Positions 29,660 to 38,778 of a DNA stretch of 64,000 nucleotides are shown here, in pieces. The number at the start of each line of letters is the position of its first letter. Positions within the stretch are counted from its first letter, which is position 1. Below the pieces are notes generated by a model. That model was not told the DNA's origin. It made no database searches and saw only the letters and a list, made by a program, of their open reading frames with translations. This stretch comes from Acidobacteriota bacterium (lineage in GTDB: Bacteria > Acidobacteriota > UBA6911 > RPQK01 > JAJDTT01), in NCBI GenBank assembly GCA_965209055.1, contig OZ242374.1, positions 128,001-192,000 on the forward strand. Direction: 5' to 3'. The position numbers were made by a program, and so were the translations under genes.

Positions 29660-31300
29660 TTGGAGGCAATCCACAATTCGAGGAAAGCATTGAAGCCCCG
29701 TCTGATTTTCTCTTTGGCGTGTCTCCTGGTGGCGCCCGGCCTGGAGGCGAAAACCACCGGCGTCATTCCGCTGGAGCCGGGAAAACGGGAACTCTTTCTG
29801 GACGAACACATTCTCGAAGAGACCCGGAACCTGGTCCGGAGTTTCCACCGGCCCCGCAAACGGGGGGTCGTCCTCAAGGCCGACATCCCCTCGGACGGGA
29901 CCCTCGTTCAAACGGTCAGCGCTCCCATGTGGATTCCCGATGAGGGGATTTACAAGTTCGTCTACGAAGCCAGGCACCGGCCGACCGGAGGAAAGGGCAC
30001 GACCTACTGGGCGTTGGCGCTCTCCCGGGACGGCCTCAACTGGGAAAAACCGAACTTGGGGGTGCTGGAGTTCAACGGCAACAGGGAGAACAACCTGATC
30101 GACTCTCCTGAGCGGCAGCGCCTCTGGCAGGTGGTCTACGATCCGGACGATCCGGATCCCGGGCGGCGCTACAAGGGGTTCCTGGGCGCCAGCGGGCGGC
30201 GTCCGGTGGTGAGTCCCGACTGCATCCGTTGGAAACTGCTGGAGGTGGAGAAGCTCCCTTCGGGCGATGCGGGCACCCTCACCTACGACCGGGAGAACCG
30301 CCAGTTCCTGGGATTGCTCAAGTTCCTCGGCAAGCACGGGCGCTCCTACAACCTCTCCGTCAGCAAGGACTTCGTGAACTGGTCGGAGCCTCGGTTCCTC
30401 TTCGGCACCGACGACGAGGACCAGAAAATGGCCCTGGACGTGATCCGCCGCCGGCTGGCCGATCCGGGCCTGGCCAAGCCTCTGATGGTGGATCCCGATC
30501 CGGCCACCGGTTGGACGCAGCCGCCGGGGGAATTCCGGAACCGGGGGACCTGGAACGTCCAGTGCTACAACATCGGCGTGTTTCCCTACGAAGGGATGCA
30601 CCTGGGCTGGCTCATGTTCTTCTATCCCACCGGGATCCGGCTCCCCGAGGGGACCAATACCGACGGGTTCAACGAGATGCAGTTGGCCATGACCCGCGAT
30701 CTCAAGACCTGGAAGCGGCTGGGCGGCCGCCAGCCGTTCATCTCCACCTCCCGCCTGGATGAGGGCCTGGTGGGAAACTACGACCGGCTGCAGCTCAACG
30801 TGACGAACCAACCCGTGGACCGGGGAGACGAGCTCTGGTTCTACTACACCGGCATGAAGCGCCGCGTCCCCCAGCATGACCGGTACCGGAACGGCGCGCC
30901 CCGCGATCCGTCCACCCTGTCGGCCGAGGAGCGGGCGGACTGGATCGAAGACACCCTCAGCGCCGTGTACGTCTCGGTCCTGCGCCGGGACGGGTTCATT
31001 TCGCTGGATGCGAAAGCGGCCGGGGGATTCCTGCTGACGAAACCTCTGAAGCTGGCCGGGGACCGCCTGTTCCTGAACCTCCAGGCTCCGGAAGGGGAAG
31101 CCCGGGTGGAGGTCCTGGACGAAACGGGCCGCGCCGTGCCCGGCTTCGGGCTGGATGATTCGGCGGCGGCCGGAGGGGACCGGGTCCGGGTCGCGGCCGG
31201 ATGGAAGGGAAAGGACGGATTGTCCGGCCTGGCGGGCCGGACGGTGAGGCTGAAGATCCATCTTCGGGACGCCTCGTTGTATTCCTTCTGGACCGAATGA
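29660..31300 (+). CDS. Secreted glycoside-hydrolase-like beta-propeller protein (paralogue 5)
   Basis: ELFLDE, SRDGLNWEKPNLG and LRRDGF motifs. Start may be TTG 29690. Confidence 0.72.
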   Translation: MEAIHNSRKALKPRLIFSLACLLVAPGLEAKTTGVIPLEPGKRELFLDEHILEETRNLVRSFHRPRKRGVVLKADIPSDGTLVQTVSAPMWIPDEGIYKFVYEARHRPTGGKGTTYWALALSRDGLNWEKPNLGVLEFNGNRENNLIDSPERQRLWQVVYDPDDPDPGRRYKGFLGASGRRPVVSPDCIRWKLLEVEKLPSGDAGTLTYDRENRQFLGLLKFLGKHGRSYNLSVSKDFVNWSEPRFLFGTDDEDQKMALDVIRRRLADPGLAKPLMVDPDPATGWTQPPGEFRNRGTWNVQCYNIGVFPYEGMHLGWLMFFYPTGIRLPEGTNTDGFNEMQLAMTRDLKTWKRLGGRQPFISTSRLDEGLVGNYDRLQLNVTNQPVDRGDELWFYYTGMKRRVPQHDRYRNGAPRDPSTLSAEERADWIEDTLSAVYVSVLRRDGFISLDAKAAGGFLLTKPLKLAGDRLFLNLQAPEGEARVEVLDETGRAVPGFGLDDSAAAGGDRVRVAAGWKGKDGLSGLAGRTVRLKIHLRDASLYSFWTE

Positions 31301-32946
31301 GCGCCAAGCGAAACGGAGAATCTCCCGTGAGTCGACGCCTTTGGACCCTGTTCGCGGCCCTGACTCTCCTGCTGCTGCCGGGGCAGGGAAGATCCGCCGC
31401 CGCGGAAGAACCGGTCCCCCTGGAGCCGGGCCGCAAACAGCTCTTCCTGGACGACCACATCGTCGGCGAGATCCGGAATCTGGACCGGGTCATGCACCGG
31501 CCCGCCAAGCGGGGAGCCGTGCTGCTGCCGGACCGGCCCTGGGACGGCCGCTTCACCGCCACCGTCTCGGCGCCCATGTGGATCGAGGGGGAGGGGCGCT
31601 ACAAGATGGTCTACGAGGGACGGCCTCTCCGTTACGCCGAAGAGGGCTTCCGTTGGGCGCTGGCCACCTCCCGGGACGGCCTGGCCTGGGAAAAGCCCGA
31701 CCTGGGCGCGGTGGACTTCCGCGGGTCCCGGGCCAACAACCTCATCGCCGCTCCGGAGAACAAGCGGCTCTGGCACGTGGTCCACGATCCCGAAGATCCC
31801 GATCCCGCCCGGCGCTACAAGGGATTCCTGGGCCACAGCGGCCGCCGGCCCGTGGTGAGCCCCGACGCCGTGCACTGGACGATCCTGGAAGTTCCGGTCC
31901 TGCCGTCCGGCGATGCCGGCACCCTGACCTACGACCGGGAACGGCGCCAGTTTCTGGGCCTGCTCAAGTTCGGCGGCAAGTATGGCCGTTCCTACAACCT
32001 CTCCGTCAGCAAGGACTTCGTGAACTGGTCGGAGCCCCGATTCTTCTTCAGCACCGACGATCGGGACCAGGAGCACGCCCTTGAAGTGATCCGGAGACGG
32101 ATCGCCGATCCGGGTCTGGCCCGGCCTCTCTTCGTGGACCCGGACCCGTCCTTGGGATGGACACCGCCCGAAGTGGAGTTCCGAAACCGGGGGATCTGGA
32201 ATGCCCAGTCCTACAACATCGGCGTCTTCCCTTACGAAGGCCTCTACATCGGACTGCCCATGATCTTCTACCCCACCGGGAGACGGCTTCCGGAGCGACG
32301 CAACGCCGACGGCTTCCACCTGATCCAGTTGGCCATGACGCGGGACCTGCAGCATTGGGAGCGCCTGGGGAACCGCGAGCCCTTCATCGGGCCCTCGCGC
32401 CTGGACCAGGGCCTGGCCGGCAACTACGACCGGATGCAGTTGATGCCCACCAACCGTCCCGTGGAGAAGGACGAAGAACTGTGGTTCTACTACTCGGGCT
32501 TCAAGTGGCGGGTCTGCCCCTATGACCGGTACCTGGACGGGAGCCCGCGCAGCCCCGAAACCCTGAATCCGCAGGAGCGCGCCGACTACGTGGAGGACGC
32601 CCATTCCGCCATACACGTGGCGGTTCTGCGCCGGGACGGCTTCGTGTCGCTGGACGCGGGACGGAGCGAAGGGACCCTCACCACCCGTCCCCTGGTGATG
32701 AGCGGCAGTCGCCTCTGGGTCAATCTGGACGCCGCGGAGGGCCGGATCCGGGTCGAGATCCTGGATGCCGGCGGACGGCCCATCCCCGGGTTCTCCGGCG
32801 GTGACAGCCTCTCGCTCGGCGGCGACCGGACCCGGTTCCCGATCCGGTGGAATGGATCCGATTCCGTGGCCCGCTTGAGCGGACAGACCGTGGTTCTGAG
32901 GATTCACCTCCGAAAAGGCTCCCTCTACGCGCTCTGGACGGAATGA
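31297..32946 (+). CDS. Secreted glycoside-hydrolase-like beta-propeller protein (tandem paralogue of 29660-31300)
   Basis: ATGA overlap with the upstream gene; QLFLDD, SRDGLAWEKPDLG and LRRDGF. Confidence 0.72.
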   Translation: MSAKRNGESPVSRRLWTLFAALTLLLLPGQGRSAAAEEPVPLEPGRKQLFLDDHIVGEIRNLDRVMHRPAKRGAVLLPDRPWDGRFTATVSAPMWIEGEGRYKMVYEGRPLRYAEEGFRWALATSRDGLAWEKPDLGAVDFRGSRANNLIAAPENKRLWHVVHDPEDPDPARRYKGFLGHSGRRPVVSPDAVHWTILEVPVLPSGDAGTLTYDRERRQFLGLLKFGGKYGRSYNLSVSKDFVNWSEPRFFFSTDDRDQEHALEVIRRRIADPGLARPLFVDPDPSLGWTPPEVEFRNRGIWNAQSYNIGVFPYEGLYIGLPMIFYPTGRRLPERRNADGFHLIQLAMTRDLQHWERLGNREPFIGPSRLDQGLAGNYDRMQLMPTNRPVEKDEELWFYYSGFKWRVCPYDRYLDGSPRSPETLNPQERADYVEDAHSAIHVAVLRRDGFVSLDAGRSEGTLTTRPLVMSGSRLWVNLDAAEGRIRVEILDAGGRPIPGFSGGDSLSLGGDRTRFPIRWNGSDSVARLSGQTVVLRIHLRKGSLYALWTE

Positions 32947-34604
32947 GCCGGCCTGGGACCCAGGTGCCGTTGCCTCCGGCGAAGGGATTGTTGCCGGTCC
33001 TCCTTCTGGTCCTCCACGCCCAACTTCCGGCGAGAGACGGGGCCACGCCCCGGTTCGCCGACGTCAGCCGGGAGGCGGGGCTGGAATTCGTCCATCGAAA
33101 CCAGGTCGCCGAACCCGATCCGGCGGCCAAATACCTGATCGAGACCATGGGGTCCGGAGGCGGTTTTCTGGACTTCGACGACGACGGCTGGATGGACATC
33201 TATCTCGTCAACGGCCGCGGTTCGAACCGCCTCTACCGGAACCGCGGGGACGGGACCTTCGCCGACGTCACCGGGGAGGCGGGAGCCGGGGACTCGTCCT
33301 ACGGCATGGGGTGCACCTTCGGCGACTACGACAACGATGGCCGCGTGGACATCTACGTCACCAACGTGGGCCCCAACGTGCTCTACCGGAACCAGGGGGA
33401 CGGCGCCTTCCAGGACGTGAGCAGGCGATCGGGGGTCGCGGATCCCCGATGGGGGACCAGCGCCGCCTTCGCCGATTACGACGGGGACGGTCTGCTCGAC
33501 CTCTACCTGGCCAACTACCTGGAGTTCTCCTTTCAGGACCATGAACCGTGCTATTTCCGGCAGATCCCCATCTACTGCTACCCCCATGGTTTTGACGGAG
33601 TGGGCAACGTCCTCTACCGGAACCTGGGAGGACGCACCTTCATCGACGTGACCCGGAGCGCCGGCTTGCGGGAGGAGGCCCGCTACAGCAAGAGTCTGGG
33701 AGTCCTCTGGCTGGATCTGGACCGGGACGGGGATCAGGACCTGTACGTGGCCAACGACACCACCGGAAACTACCTGTTCCGAAACTTGGGCGACGGCAGC
33801 TTTCAGGACGTCTCCCTGGAATCGGGGACGGCCCTGGGCGGCTCCGGCATGGCACAGGCCGGCATGGGGGTGGCCGCCGGCGATCTGGACGGCGAAGGCC
33901 GCTTCCACGTCCTGGTCACCAACTACTCGCTCCAGTACAACGCCCTCTATTGGAACGAGGACGGAGAATTCTTCAGCGACCGGATCATCGACTCGGGGCT
34001 CTCGGGGCCCAGCTTCGTTCCCCTGGGATTCGGGGCCAACTTCTTCGATGCCGACAACGACGGCGATCTGGACCTCTTCGTGGCCAACGGACACGTCCTG
34101 GAAGAGGCCGCCCGCGCCAATCCGGGCAGCCGGTACCGCCAGCCGAACCAGTTGTTCCTGAATGACGGAAAGGGAAGGTTCACCGAGGCTGGCGATCCCG
34201 GGGTCTACTTTTCGGTCCGGAACGTCTCCCGGGGCTCGGCCGTGGGGGACTTCAACAACGACGGCAAGCTGGACCTGCTGGTGACCAACTGCGGAGGCAA
34301 GGCCGACCTGTTGGAGAACCGCAGCGAGGGAGGCGGCAACTGGATCCGCTTCCGGCTGCGGGGAACCCACTGCAACCGGGACGCCGTGGGGGCCCGGGTG
34401 ACTCTTGGCGCCGGCGATCTGAAACTGGCCCGGGAACTGCGGTCGGCCAGCAGCTACCTGAGCCAAGACGACCCCCGGCTCCACTTCGGCCTGGCGCGAC
34501 GCACCAGGGTCGACTCGATCCGCATCGACTGGCCCTGCGGCAGGACGCAGGACGTGACGCCGCCCCAAACTCTGAACCAGACTCTTTCCATTCAGGAACC
34601 GTGA
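32943..34604 (+). CDS. CRTAC1-like FG-GAP repeat protein with ASPIC/UnbV domain
   Basis: Many DxDxDGxxD repeats; C-terminal NRDAVGARV and SYLSQDD.RLHFGL. Confidence 0.9.
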   Translation: MSRPGTQVPLPPAKGLLPVLLLVLHAQLPARDGATPRFADVSREAGLEFVHRNQVAEPDPAAKYLIETMGSGGGFLDFDDDGWMDIYLVNGRGSNRLYRNRGDGTFADVTGEAGAGDSSYGMGCTFGDYDNDGRVDIYVTNVGPNVLYRNQGDGAFQDVSRRSGVADPRWGTSAAFADYDGDGLLDLYLANYLEFSFQDHEPCYFRQIPIYCYPHGFDGVGNVLYRNLGGRTFIDVTRSAGLREEARYSKSLGVLWLDLDRDGDQDLYVANDTTGNYLFRNLGDGSFQDVSLESGTALGGSGMAQAGMGVAAGDLDGEGRFHVLVTNYSLQYNALYWNEDGEFFSDRIIDSGLSGPSFVPLGFGANFFDADNDGDLDLFVANGHVLEEAARANPGSRYRQPNQLFLNDGKGRFTEAGDPGVYFSVRNVSRGSAVGDFNNDGKLDLLVTNCGGKADLLENRSEGGGNWIRFRLRGTHCNRDAVGARVTLGAGDLKLARELRSASSYLSQDDPRLHFGLARRTRVDSIRIDWPCGRTQDVTPPQTLNQTLSIQEP

Positions 34605-35872
34605 AGACCGTCTCCGCGCTGCTGTTGCTCTTCCAGACTCTGGCCTCCCCGGGCGCACCGAACCCGCTGGAGAGCGTCCTGGCCAAGATGCGCGACGACA
34701 ACTACCTCGGCGCCCTGGAGGAGATTGAGGTCTTGCTGGTGAGCGGAGGGAGCGATCCGCGGCTCTACTACCAGAAGGGAGTCTGCGAGACGGTCCTGGG
34801 GCGTTATGCGGTGGCGCTGGAGAGCTTTGAGCGAGCCCGGGAGGCCGGGTTCGAGGACGCTTGGAGGATTCGCTCCCGGACCGGAATCGTCTACTTCCAC
34901 CAAGGCCGGCATCAAGATGCTCGGGAGGAGTTCCAGCGCATACTCGACGACCGGCCGGGAGACCCCGATGCGCTGTACTACCGGGGACGCATCGAGTTGA
35001 AGCAGGGCCGTTTTCGGAAGGCAGGGGAGACCTTTCTCGCGGTGTTGGATGCGAACCCCGAGTACGAGCCGGCTCTCTTCCATCTGGGACGGGCGCTCCT
35101 CCGGCAGGGCCGCCGCGACGAGGGCCGGGGCGTTCTTCGTTTCCACCGCAAGCGGGAACATCTGAAGAAGCAGCTGCGGACTCTGCTGAATCTGGCTGCC
35201 TCTCCCCAGGCATCCGCCTCCGTGCACCTGGAGCTGGCGGGCGTCTACCTGGAGCTGGGCCGGCCCAGTCTGGCTCAAGATGCGATCAAGAAGGCCGAAG
35301 AGCTGGACAGCGGCCACGCTGAAATAAACCTGTATCGGGGCGGGCTGGCCTGGCTCCGGGGCTCATATTCCGAAGCCGTCCGGCGGCTGAGCGAATACGC
35401 CCGTTCCCATCCCGGCGACTGCCGCCTGCTCAACTTTCTGGGCAGAAGCCTCAAGGCCGACGGCAGGAAGGGAGAAGCCCTCTCCGAGTTACGGAAGGCG
35501 GTCCGTCGATGCACTGTCGGCGCCGGCCTCCTGGCCGACCTGGCCGAGTTGGAGCTGGAAGCCGGCCAATTTCAGCGGGCCGCAACCCACGCGGGCAAGA
35601 TCATCGACCTCAACCCCCTGGCGCCGGTCGGCCCTTTTCTGATGGCCGTCGCCAGTCTCCACCGCCGGCAGTTCCATGAGGCCGAATCCTGGGCCTTAAA
35701 GGCGCTGGACCTGGAGCGGCGTCTGGCTCTCCTGCCAACGGACAGGGAAGGCTCGGTCGCCCGCTCGGAGCATCACCGGTTGCTCCACGCCGTCTACGTC
35801 AGGTTGGGCAATACGGTGAAGGCGCGGGAGCACGAGGAGAAGATGAAGCCTCTATCGAGCCCTGGAGAGTAG
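34601..35872 (+). CDS. Secreted tetratricopeptide repeat protein
   Basis: Repeated TPR patterns (ALYYRG, ALFHLG); GTGA overlap with the upstream gene. Confidence 0.8.
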   Translation: MKTVSALLLLFQTLASPGAPNPLESVLAKMRDDNYLGALEEIEVLLVSGGSDPRLYYQKGVCETVLGRYAVALESFERAREAGFEDAWRIRSRTGIVYFHQGRHQDAREEFQRILDDRPGDPDALYYRGRIELKQGRFRKAGETFLAVLDANPEYEPALFHLGRALLRQGRRDEGRGVLRFHRKREHLKKQLRTLLNLAASPQASASVHLELAGVYLELGRPSLAQDAIKKAEELDSGHAEINLYRGGLAWLRGSYSEAVRRLSEYARSHPGDCRLLNFLGRSLKADGRKGEALSELRKAVRRCTVGAGLLADLAELELEAGQFQRAATHAGKIIDLNPLAPVGPFLMAVASLHRRQFHEAESWALKALDLERRLALLPTDREGSVARSEHHRLLHAVYVRLGNTVKAREHEEKMKPLSSPGE

Positions 35873-35996
35873 TGTATGTCACCGAGATCGCGAAAAAGCT
35901 GTGGGTGCTGCACGCTTTCCAGAAGAAATCCAAAACGGGAATCCGGACGCCAAAATCCGAGATCGACCTCATCCGGGCGCGTCTCAGACGATTAAG
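35863..35996 (+). pseudogene. 5'-truncated, IS-interrupted RelE/Gp49-like (DUF891) toxin remnant
   Basis: Reads WRVVYVTEIAKKLWVLHAFQKKSKTGIRTPKSEIDLIRARLRRL and continues in frame after the IS (38035-38050) as RKELM*. Confidence 0.85.
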
Positions 35997-38028
35997 CGGA
36001 ACTTCACTTCGGGTAGTCGGTCTAACTGTTTCTCTATCAGGAAGATAGAAGAAATCAACCTGGCCATTTACTGGCAACAAATCGGGTCGGATCCACGCCG
36101 AGCAAATCGAAAGCCTTCGCCTGCACCGGCGTCGGCTTGGCGAACATCGCAAACGGATGCTGCGGGGCGTTCGGCAGAGCCACCTGGTTCAGGGTGAGCG
36201 TTCCGAGATTCGCCAGCAGCGTCCGGAGGCTCTGCACCGGGAGCCCGTCAGTGGTCCGTTTGCGTGCGGCCTTGGCCTTCGTGCGCTCGGACACCTGCGC
36301 TTTTTCCACCGGGGATTTCCGCAGCGCTCGCGCCCCGACCCGATCCTCCTCCTCGAACAGCAGCGGCGCCAGGGCTCGTCGCAGGTGCCACTCCAGGTAA
36401 TACGCCAGCAGACACAGAAAGACATGCCCGCGCACATGGGCCTCGCTGTAGACGTACACCGGGCGCAGGGCCAGCTGCGCCGTCTTGAGCGAGCGAAACG
36501 CCCGTTCCACCCGGGAGAGACTCTTGTACGCCTCCACCGCCTCCGAAGCCCCGATCTCGGAGGCCGCCAGGCTGGTGCGAACGATGTAGATGCCATCCAG
36601 TTGAGCCTCCGCGTCGATCTTCTCCTGGTTCCTGGACCAGCGGATGTCGTCGTCTCTCACCTCGATCCGAAAGTGCTTGGCGACCTTCTTGCGGTTCACG
36701 TCCCGACCCACCCGGCGGTTGATCGCCTCCTGGCCGCGCAACCGCGATCTCGGGGAGCGCACGGCGCTGGCGATCGTCTCCAGGATCTTTTCGGTCGCGC
36801 GGAGCAGTTCCTCGCGCTTGCGGGCGCGGTCCTGGCGCAAGCGGGGATTGAGGCAGACCAGCAGGCGTTCTCCGGGAAATTCCGGGCTGAGGATCTCCGC
36901 GACCCCGTCCGGAACCAACTCGCCCGGCCGCAACGGAGCCGGCTGATCCCCTTCAGTGCCCGATTTGGACGGCCGCATCAGCTTGCGGATGGCGTCGGTT
37001 CTCAAGGCCGAGATCCAGGCCAGTCCGGCCGGCGAGAGATCCTCGCGCAGCCGCGCCGTGGTGAGCATGCCCCGATCCCCGACCAAGGCGATGGACTCGA
37101 TGCCGAAACGCCCCTGGATCTTCTCGACCTGCGACGCCACCGTCTTCGGATCCCCCGTGTTGCCGGAGAAGACCTCCACGGCCAGCGGGCAGCCGTCCTC
37201 GGCGCACAGCAGACCGAAGACGATCTGGGGCTTGCCTTTCTTGCCGTCCCGGTTATGGCCGAACGCGGCCAGAGGACAGGAGCGTCCCTCCAGATAGCTG
37301 GAGGAGACGTCGTAAAGCAGCAGGGTCCGGCCCTCCAGATGCCGTCGCGCTAAGCTCTTCTCGATCCAGACTTGGCGGCGAACCAACCAGTCGAGCATGC
37401 CGAGCATCTCGTTGCCGTGGACCGGACCGAGGCCGAGGAGCGGGCCGAGGCTGGTGGTGGCGGTCTGGGGAGACAGGTTCCGGGCGGTGGCGAGCTTGGA
37501 AGCGGGATCCAGCACGCGGGCGACGATGGCGGCGAGGGCGAGGTCGCGGTTGCGGCTGCGGTTGCGGTGCAGGAGGCGTGTCAGACCGAGTTGGCGGGCG
37601 AGGCCGAGGAGAGCGGCGACATGGCCGTGGGGCAGGGCGCGGCGAATGGAGAGGGTGTCGTCCAGGGGGTGGAAGACTTGGCCACCCTTGAGCAGGGCGC
37701 GGATGCCGTCGACGATCTCCGGGGGGAGCTTGGAGAGGTTGGCGAGGGTGGTGCGGCGGATGCGTTTGCCCTCGCGTTTGGCGTGGCGGAAGAGGATGGC
37801 AGGGGGGCTGTTGCGGTTGGGGATGACATCGACGTGGTAGGACATGGGGAGGCGACCTCTTACATGGAAACAGTAATGAGCACTGATATACAAATGATAC
37901 AGGATAATACTGACAAACACACCGATCCCATACATGGAAACAAATATCCAGTTAGAGAGTGAGTCTAGCGAACCGTAACCGGCGCTATTTCAATGATTTG
38001 CTAGGGTTTGGGGGGCAGTGAAGTTCCG
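35997..38028 (-). mobile_element. IS1634-family insertion sequence (complete)
   Basis: 12-bp terminal inverted repeats CGGAACTTCACT (35997-36008 and 38017-38028); target duplication ATTAAG at 35991-35996 and 38029-38034. Confidence 0.9.
36055..37845 (-). CDS. IS1634-family DDE transposase
   Basis: LLYDVSSSYLEG, GHNRDGKKG, LVGDRGM, VERAFRSLK and HVRGHVFLCLLAYY. Confidence 0.93.
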   Translation of the reverse strand: MSYHVDVIPNRNSPPAILFRHAKREGKRIRRTTLANLSKLPPEIVDGIRALLKGGQVFHPLDDTLSIRRALPHGHVAALLGLARQLGLTRLLHRNRSRNRDLALAAIVARVLDPASKLATARNLSPQTATTSLGPLLGLGPVHGNEMLGMLDWLVRRQVWIEKSLARRHLEGRTLLLYDVSSSYLEGRSCPLAAFGHNRDGKKGKPQIVFGLLCAEDGCPLAVEVFSGNTGDPKTVASQVEKIQGRFGIESIALVGDRGMLTTARLREDLSPAGLAWISALRTDAIRKLMRPSKSGTEGDQPAPLRPGELVPDGVAEILSPEFPGERLLVCLNPRLRQDRARKREELLRATEKILETIASAVRSPRSRLRGQEAINRRVGRDVNRKKVAKHFRIEVRDDDIRWSRNQEKIDAEAQLDGIYIVRTSLAASEIGASEAVEAYKSLSRVERAFRSLKTAQLALRPVYVYSEAHVRGHVFLCLLAYYLEWHLRRALAPLLFEEEDRVGARALRKSPVEKAQVSERTKAKAARKRTTDGLPVQSLRTLLANLGTLTLNQVALPNAPQHPFAMFAKPTPVQAKAFDLLGVDPTRFVASKWPG

Positions 38029-38049
38029 ATTAAGGAAGGAACTGATGTG

Positions 38050-38778
38050 ATGACGGATGAGAACTTCGAACTGGTCGAGGGAAGCGGCAATATCTTTCGC
38101 GATTTCGGGGATCCTGAGGCCGATCTGAAGCAGGCCAAGGCCATCCTCGCAGCTCGGATCATCGCCGTGCTGGACGAACGCGGTCTCACCGTGCGAAAGG
38201 CGGCGAGTATCACCGGCTTCGCAGCCGCCGACTTCTCGCGTATCCGAAACGCAAATCTTGGACGGTTCACGCTGGACCGGATGATCAGGATGATTGGTGC
38301 GTTAGACGACCAGATAAGAGTAACGATTCAGGTCGGTCTGCGCGCGGAAGACCCAGCGACGACGACAGACGTCGGAGCGGGGAAATTCCTGTCCCCGGCA
38401 AGGGGGGGTAGGGGGGACGTTAGTCTCCCATTGCGCTTCCAACACAAAAGGGTGGGGGGACAAGGATGTCCCCCCTCCTCTCAGAACGAAAACCGGAACG
38501 CGAACTGGAGCCGGCGCGGCTGGGAGGCGGAAGAGACCCTTCCGGCACCGCCGCTCTCGATGGCGTCCTGTCCGCCCTTGCCACCGGGCGTATCGAAGAT
38601 GGGATGGTTGAAGGCGTTGAACATTTCCACGCGGAAATCCAACTCCTTTTCCTCTCCCAGGGCGAACGCCTTGTGGAGGCCGATGTCGAAGACGCTGATC
38701 CCGTCCCCCTCCAGCGGCCACATGTGGGAGTTGCCGAATCGTCCCACGGCCGGTATCGCGAAGGCGCTGACGTCGTAG
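38050..38778 (+). CDS. XRE/HigA-like HTH antitoxin (homology ends near 38370; ORF reads through a REP cluster)
   Basis: GSGNIFRDFG.PEAD...KA.LAARI and DFSRIRNANLGRFTLDRM; TGATG-coupled to the reconstructed toxin. Confidence 0.75.
   Translation: MTDENFELVEGSGNIFRDFGDPEADLKQAKAILAARIIAVLDERGLTVRKAASITGFAAADFSRIRNANLGRFTLDRMIRMIGALDDQIRVTIQVGLRAEDPATTTDVGAGKFLSPARGGRGDVSLPLRFQHKRVGGQGCPPSSQNENRNANWSRRGWEAEETLPAPPLSMASCPPLPPGVSKMGWLKALNISTRKSNSFSSPRANALWRPMSKTLIPSPSSGHMWELPNRPTAGIAKALTS
38374..38478. repeat. REP/BIME-like cluster (three palindromes)
   Basis: GGAG-CGGGGAaattcctgTCCCCG, GTAG-GGGGGACgttaGTCTCC and an inverted GGGGGACAaggaTGTCCCCC-CTCC, between convergent genes. Confidence 0.7.
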
